6,513 bases of DNA from a virus. Under the pieces are notes generated by a model that ran no database searches, was not told the origin of the DNA, and saw only the letters and a list, made by a program, of their open reading frames with translations. Every line of letters begins with the position of its first letter. Position 1 is the first letter of the stretch. The stretch spans positions 1 through 6,513 of the IMG/VR virus record IMGVR_UViG_3300045988_000319. One strand, 5' to 3'. Below, in pieces: positions 3,581 through 6,513 of this stretch. Made by a program: the position numbers and the translations under genes.

Positions 3581-5416
3581 ATGATACCTAAGGAAGAATT
3601 ATTAACGAAATACCTTTTTACTGAGTGTCTTAGGCCTCAGAGAATTGTGAATCCTTATTCTCATGATGTGATATTTGCTCCGTGTGGACATTGTAAATCA
3701 TGTATTATGAATAAGTCGAATTTTGCTACGGCTTATGCCATGAACATGGCTACACATTTTAAGTATTGTTATTTCGTTACTCTTACATATAAGGACATAT
3801 TTCTTCCTTACTTGTCCGTCGAGGTTGTTCGGAGGTCTGGTAATCGTTACCTCTTTGATGAAAACTTTGAGACAATGGTTTCCACTTCCGACCCTCGACT
3901 TTTAACTCCTGAATATTATCATGATCGCGACCTTTCCCTCGATCCTGCTCAGAATGAAGTTGAGCAAGTTTTTGATATAGGTTTTCAATCTATTCCTAGA
4001 GATGTTTCCGTAAAATCAAAAGGATCATTTCGTTTTCGTTCCTTTGATGATGACCCCCTAAAGTTTTGCATACCTATGAAACTTACTGAACTTCAGGATA
4101 TTTTGATTAAGGCTAATGGTCGTTATGATTATGGTAAGAATAAAGTAGTTTATCCTTCTCTTGCTGATTGTAAGCTACAGATACCTGTTCTTCAATCTCG
4201 TGATATTGAATTGTTTTTTAAGCGTTTACGAAGAAATTTAGATTCTCATGGATTCACTTCCTCGAAAATATGTTACTACGTTGTATCAGAATACGGACCC
4301 CAAACTTACCGTCCGCATTGGCATTGTTTATTATTCTTTGACTCGGAAGAGATCACCAAAACACTTCGAGAAGATATATCTAAGGCTTGGTCCTACGGTC
4401 GTATCGATTACTCTCTCTCCCGTGGAGCGGCTGCTTCCTATGTTGCGTCATATGTTAATAGTGCTGCTTGTTTACCATTCCTTTATGTTGGACAAAAAGA
4501 AATCCGCCCTCGATCCTTCCATTCCAAGGGATTTGGCTCGAATAAAATCTTTCCTAAATCGTCCGACGTTTCAGAAATTTCAAAGATATCCGATCTCTAC
4601 TTTGATGGCGTTAACGTCGATTCTAATGGGAAGACTGTCAACATCAGGCCTGTACGGCAGAGTGAGCTTACGGTATTCCCCCGATTCTCTAATGATTTTT
4701 TCTCAGATTGTGATACTTGTTGCAAGTTATTTCAGTCTGTCATTGAAACACCCAAACGCCTCGTTTCGCGCGGCTATCTTGGAATAGACACTCTTGATTT
4801 TGGTTCCGATGGTTTTCGATTATCTGATCTCGTACGTGCTTATTCTGAATACTATGAGCGGAATTTTACCGACTTTTCATTTAGCCTTCGTTTCCTTAGA
4901 GGTTATCGAACTCGTGATTATGCTGATGAATTGATATTTCGTGAGGCACGTCTTTTTGATGGTTATGTATTCAATAAAGATATGATTTTTGGTAGATTGT
5001 ATCGTTTATTTGCTAAAGTCCTTCGTTGTTTTAAGTTTTGGAATTTGAAACAATATACTGATTCTTGGTCTTTAAAGGCTGCTATTAAGAAAATTTGGTC
5101 GCATGGATGGGAATATTGGAAAAAGAAAGAATATCGTTTCTTAACTACCTATTTTGAGTATCTCGAAGGCTGTAACGACGACGAACGCTTGTTCCTTTTG
5201 GTTCGTACTTCAGGTTCTGGTCTTGCTACTGATTCTCCTCATTCCTGGACTTATACTCAGCGTGAAGATTATGTAAATTGTCTTCCTGATGATCTTTATA
5301 AGCGTTATATGAATACTCTTAAATGGTTGACCGCCCGCACGGAGAAGGTCTTGAAGGATAAGGTCAAACATAAAGAGTTTAATGATATGCAAGGTGTTTT
5401 ATTATTTTCTGATTAA
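3581..5416 (+). CDS. VP4: Replication initiation protein VP4 (phiX174 gpA-like HUH rolling-circle endonuclease), 611 aa.
   Basis: An N-terminal Cys cluster reads PCGHCKSC (aa 34-41). Motif I is FVTLTY (aa 65-70, nt 3773-3790). The basic block FFKRLRR spans aa 212-218. The HUH motif is RPHWHCLLF (H246/H248, nt 4316-4324). The catalytic tyrosine pair is YVASY (Y287/Y291, nt 4439-4453). Confidence 0.95.
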   Translation: MIPKEELLTKYLFTECLRPQRIVNPYSHDVIFAPCGHCKSCIMNKSNFATAYAMNMATHFKYCYFVTLTYKDIFLPYLSVEVVRRSGNRYLFDENFETMVSTSDPRLLTPEYYHDRDLSLDPAQNEVEQVFDIGFQSIPRDVSVKSKGSFRFRSFDDDPLKFCIPMKLTELQDILIKANGRYDYGKNKVVYPSLADCKLQIPVLQSRDIELFFKRLRRNLDSHGFTSSKICYYVVSEYGPQTYRPHWHCLLFFDSEEITKTLREDISKAWSYGRIDYSLSRGAAASYVASYVNSAACLPFLYVGQKEIRPRSFHSKGFGSNKIFPKSSDVSEISKISDLYFDGVNVDSNGKTVNIRPVRQSELTVFPRFSNDFFSDCDTCCKLFQSVIETPKRLVSRGYLGIDTLDFGSDGFRLSDLVRAYSEYYERNFTDFSFSLRFLRGYRTRDYADELIFREARLFDGYVFNKDMIFGRLYRLFAKVLRCFKFWNLKQYTDSWSLKAAIKKIWSHGWEYWKKKEYRFLTTYFEYLEGCNDDERLFLLVRTSGSGLATDSPHSWTYTQREDYVNCLPDDLYKRYMNTLKWLTARTEKVLKDKVKHKEFNDMQGVLLFSD

Positions 5417-5428
5417 CTAATTTAATTT

Positions 5429-6513
5429 ATGGCACATTTTACTGGTTTAAAAGAACTTCAAAATCATCCCCATAAGGCTGGTTTTGATATTGGTAGTAAA
5501 AATTTGTTTACTGCTAAGGTAGGTGAATTGCTTCCTGTCTATTGGGATATGGCAATTCCTAATTGCGATTATGATATTGATTTGGCTTATTTTACTCGTA
5601 CTCGTCCCGTTCAGTCTGCTGCTTATACTCGTATTCGTGAGTATTTTGACTTTTATTCCGTTCCTTGTGATCTTCTTTGGAAATCATTTGATTCTGCTGT
5701 GATTCAGATGGGACAAATTGCCCCTGTTCAATCTAAGACTTTACTTGACCCTCTTACTGTTGGAACTGATATTCCTTGGTGTTCTCTTTTGGACCTTGGT
5801 AGAGCTATCTATTATTCTTCTGGTTCTGCTCCGTTAGGTTCTACTGTTTCAGTTACTTCTAAATTTGGTAACATTTTTGATTATAATAGAGGTGATACTT
5901 CTCATAAGTTACTTTCTTATCTTAATTATGGTAATTTAGTAAATCCCTCCGCTTCTGAGGTTGGCTCTTCAGCAAATCGTTGGTGGAACACTTCTTTTAC
6001 AACTTCTGGCGTTCAAAACTATTCTCAGAAGTATTTGAATAACAATGCTGTTTCTCTTTTCCCGCTTTTGGCTTATCAGAAGATTTATCAGGACTTCTTC
6101 CGTTGGTCGCAATGGGAAAATGCTGATCCTACGGCTTATAATGTAGATTATTACGCTGGTTCTGGTAATTTATTTGGATCTTCTGGTATTTCTGTTTCTA
6201 TTCCTAGTGGTAATGATTATTGGAAACGTGATAATATGTTTTCTCTTCGTTATTGTAATTGGAATAAGGACATGTTTATGGGTCTCCTTCCTAATTCCCA
6301 GTTTGGTGATGTAGCAGTCGTAAATTTAGGCGATTCTGGTTCCGGCACAATTCCTGTTGGATTCCTTTCTGATACGGATGTATTTACCCAAGCATTTAAT
6401 GCTACTGCTATGAAGACCGCTTCGGATACGTCTCCTATGGGTATTTCTGGTTCTACTACTGTTTCTGCTCGTCAGTCTATGGTTGCCCGGATTAATAATG
6501 CTGATGTTGCTTC
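5429..6513 (+). CDS. VP1: Major capsid protein VP1, N-terminal portion. It runs off the right edge and continues at nt 1 after the 55-nt overlap is removed.
   Basis: The ATG at 5429 lies 12 nt after the VP4 stop. I translated the frame by hand to the window end and found no stop. It is absent from the ORF track only because it lacks an in-window stop. It joins in phase to 3..839. Confidence 0.92.
   Translation, partial: MAHFTGLKELQNHPHKAGFDIGSKNLFTAKVGELLPVYWDMAIPNCDYDIDLAYFTRTRPVQSAAYTRIREYFDFYSVPCDLLWKSFDSAVIQMGQIAPVQSKTLLDPLTVGTDIPWCSLLDLGRAIYYSSGSAPLGSTVSVTSKFGNIFDYNRGDTSHKLLSYLNYGNLVNPSASEVGSSANRWWNTSFTTSGVQNYSQKYLNNNAVSLFPLLAYQKIYQDFFRWSQWENADPTAYNVDYYAGSGNLFGSSGISVSIPSGNDYWKRDNMFSLRYCNWNKDMFMGLLPNSQFGDVAVVNLGDSGSGTIPVGFLSDTDVFTQAFNATAMKTASDTSPMGISGSTTVSARQSMVARINNADVA
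6459..6513. repeat. Terminal overlap copy 2, identical to 1-55.
   Basis: The same 55-mer as at 1-55. It lies inside the VP1 coding sequence, so it is not a biological terminal repeat. Confidence 0.95.

Noticed and set aside
3581-5416. Apparent codon-usage shift between the structural genes and VP4, which might indicate a mosaic origin.
   Set aside because: I hand-counted third-position T in 30-codon samples. VP1 gave 19/30 and VP2 16/30. Two VP4 samples gave 16/30 and 15/30. VP4 has more C-ending codons, but the difference is too small and the samples too few to claim anything.

Overview
The window is a complete, circularly permuted genome of a small ssDNA phage of the family Microviridae. 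Gene content, protein sizes and a Bacteroides-type promoter suggest an Alpavirinae-like, Bacteroidales-associated lineage. That subfamily and host call is inference from remembered family features, since no database search was possible. The first 55 nt (1-55) are identical to the last 55 nt (6459-6513), so the unit genome is 6458 nt. The major capsid gene VP1 starts at 5429, runs off the right end and finishes at 839 (622 aa in total). All supported genes are on the + strand: VP1; a 173-aa acidic protein (851-1372, possibly scaffold-like); the VP2 pilot/minor capsid protein (about 1299-2495); two small proteins (3147-3368 and 3385-3576); and the VP4 rolling-circle replication initiator (3581-5416). 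VP4 shows motif I FVTLTY, the HUH motif HWH and a YVASY tyrosine pair. The main oddity is a 651-nt gene-free region (2496-3146, about 10% of the genome). It holds a compound terminator hairpin, an AT-rich tract, and a GC-enriched island with about 13 local stem-loops. Three of these are C-GAA-G mini-hairpins, one an exact GCGAAGC. A C7 tract and a TAAATTTG -7 box follow. I read this island as a candidate ssDNA complementary-strand origin or structured RNA. Secondary leads are a promoter-proximal 73-aa membrane or lipoprotein-like protein (lysis or exclusion candidate), a 179-codon ORF embedded out of frame in VP4, and a dual-coding overlap at the VP2 start. No tRNA, rRNA, CRISPR array, integrase or transposase was seen.
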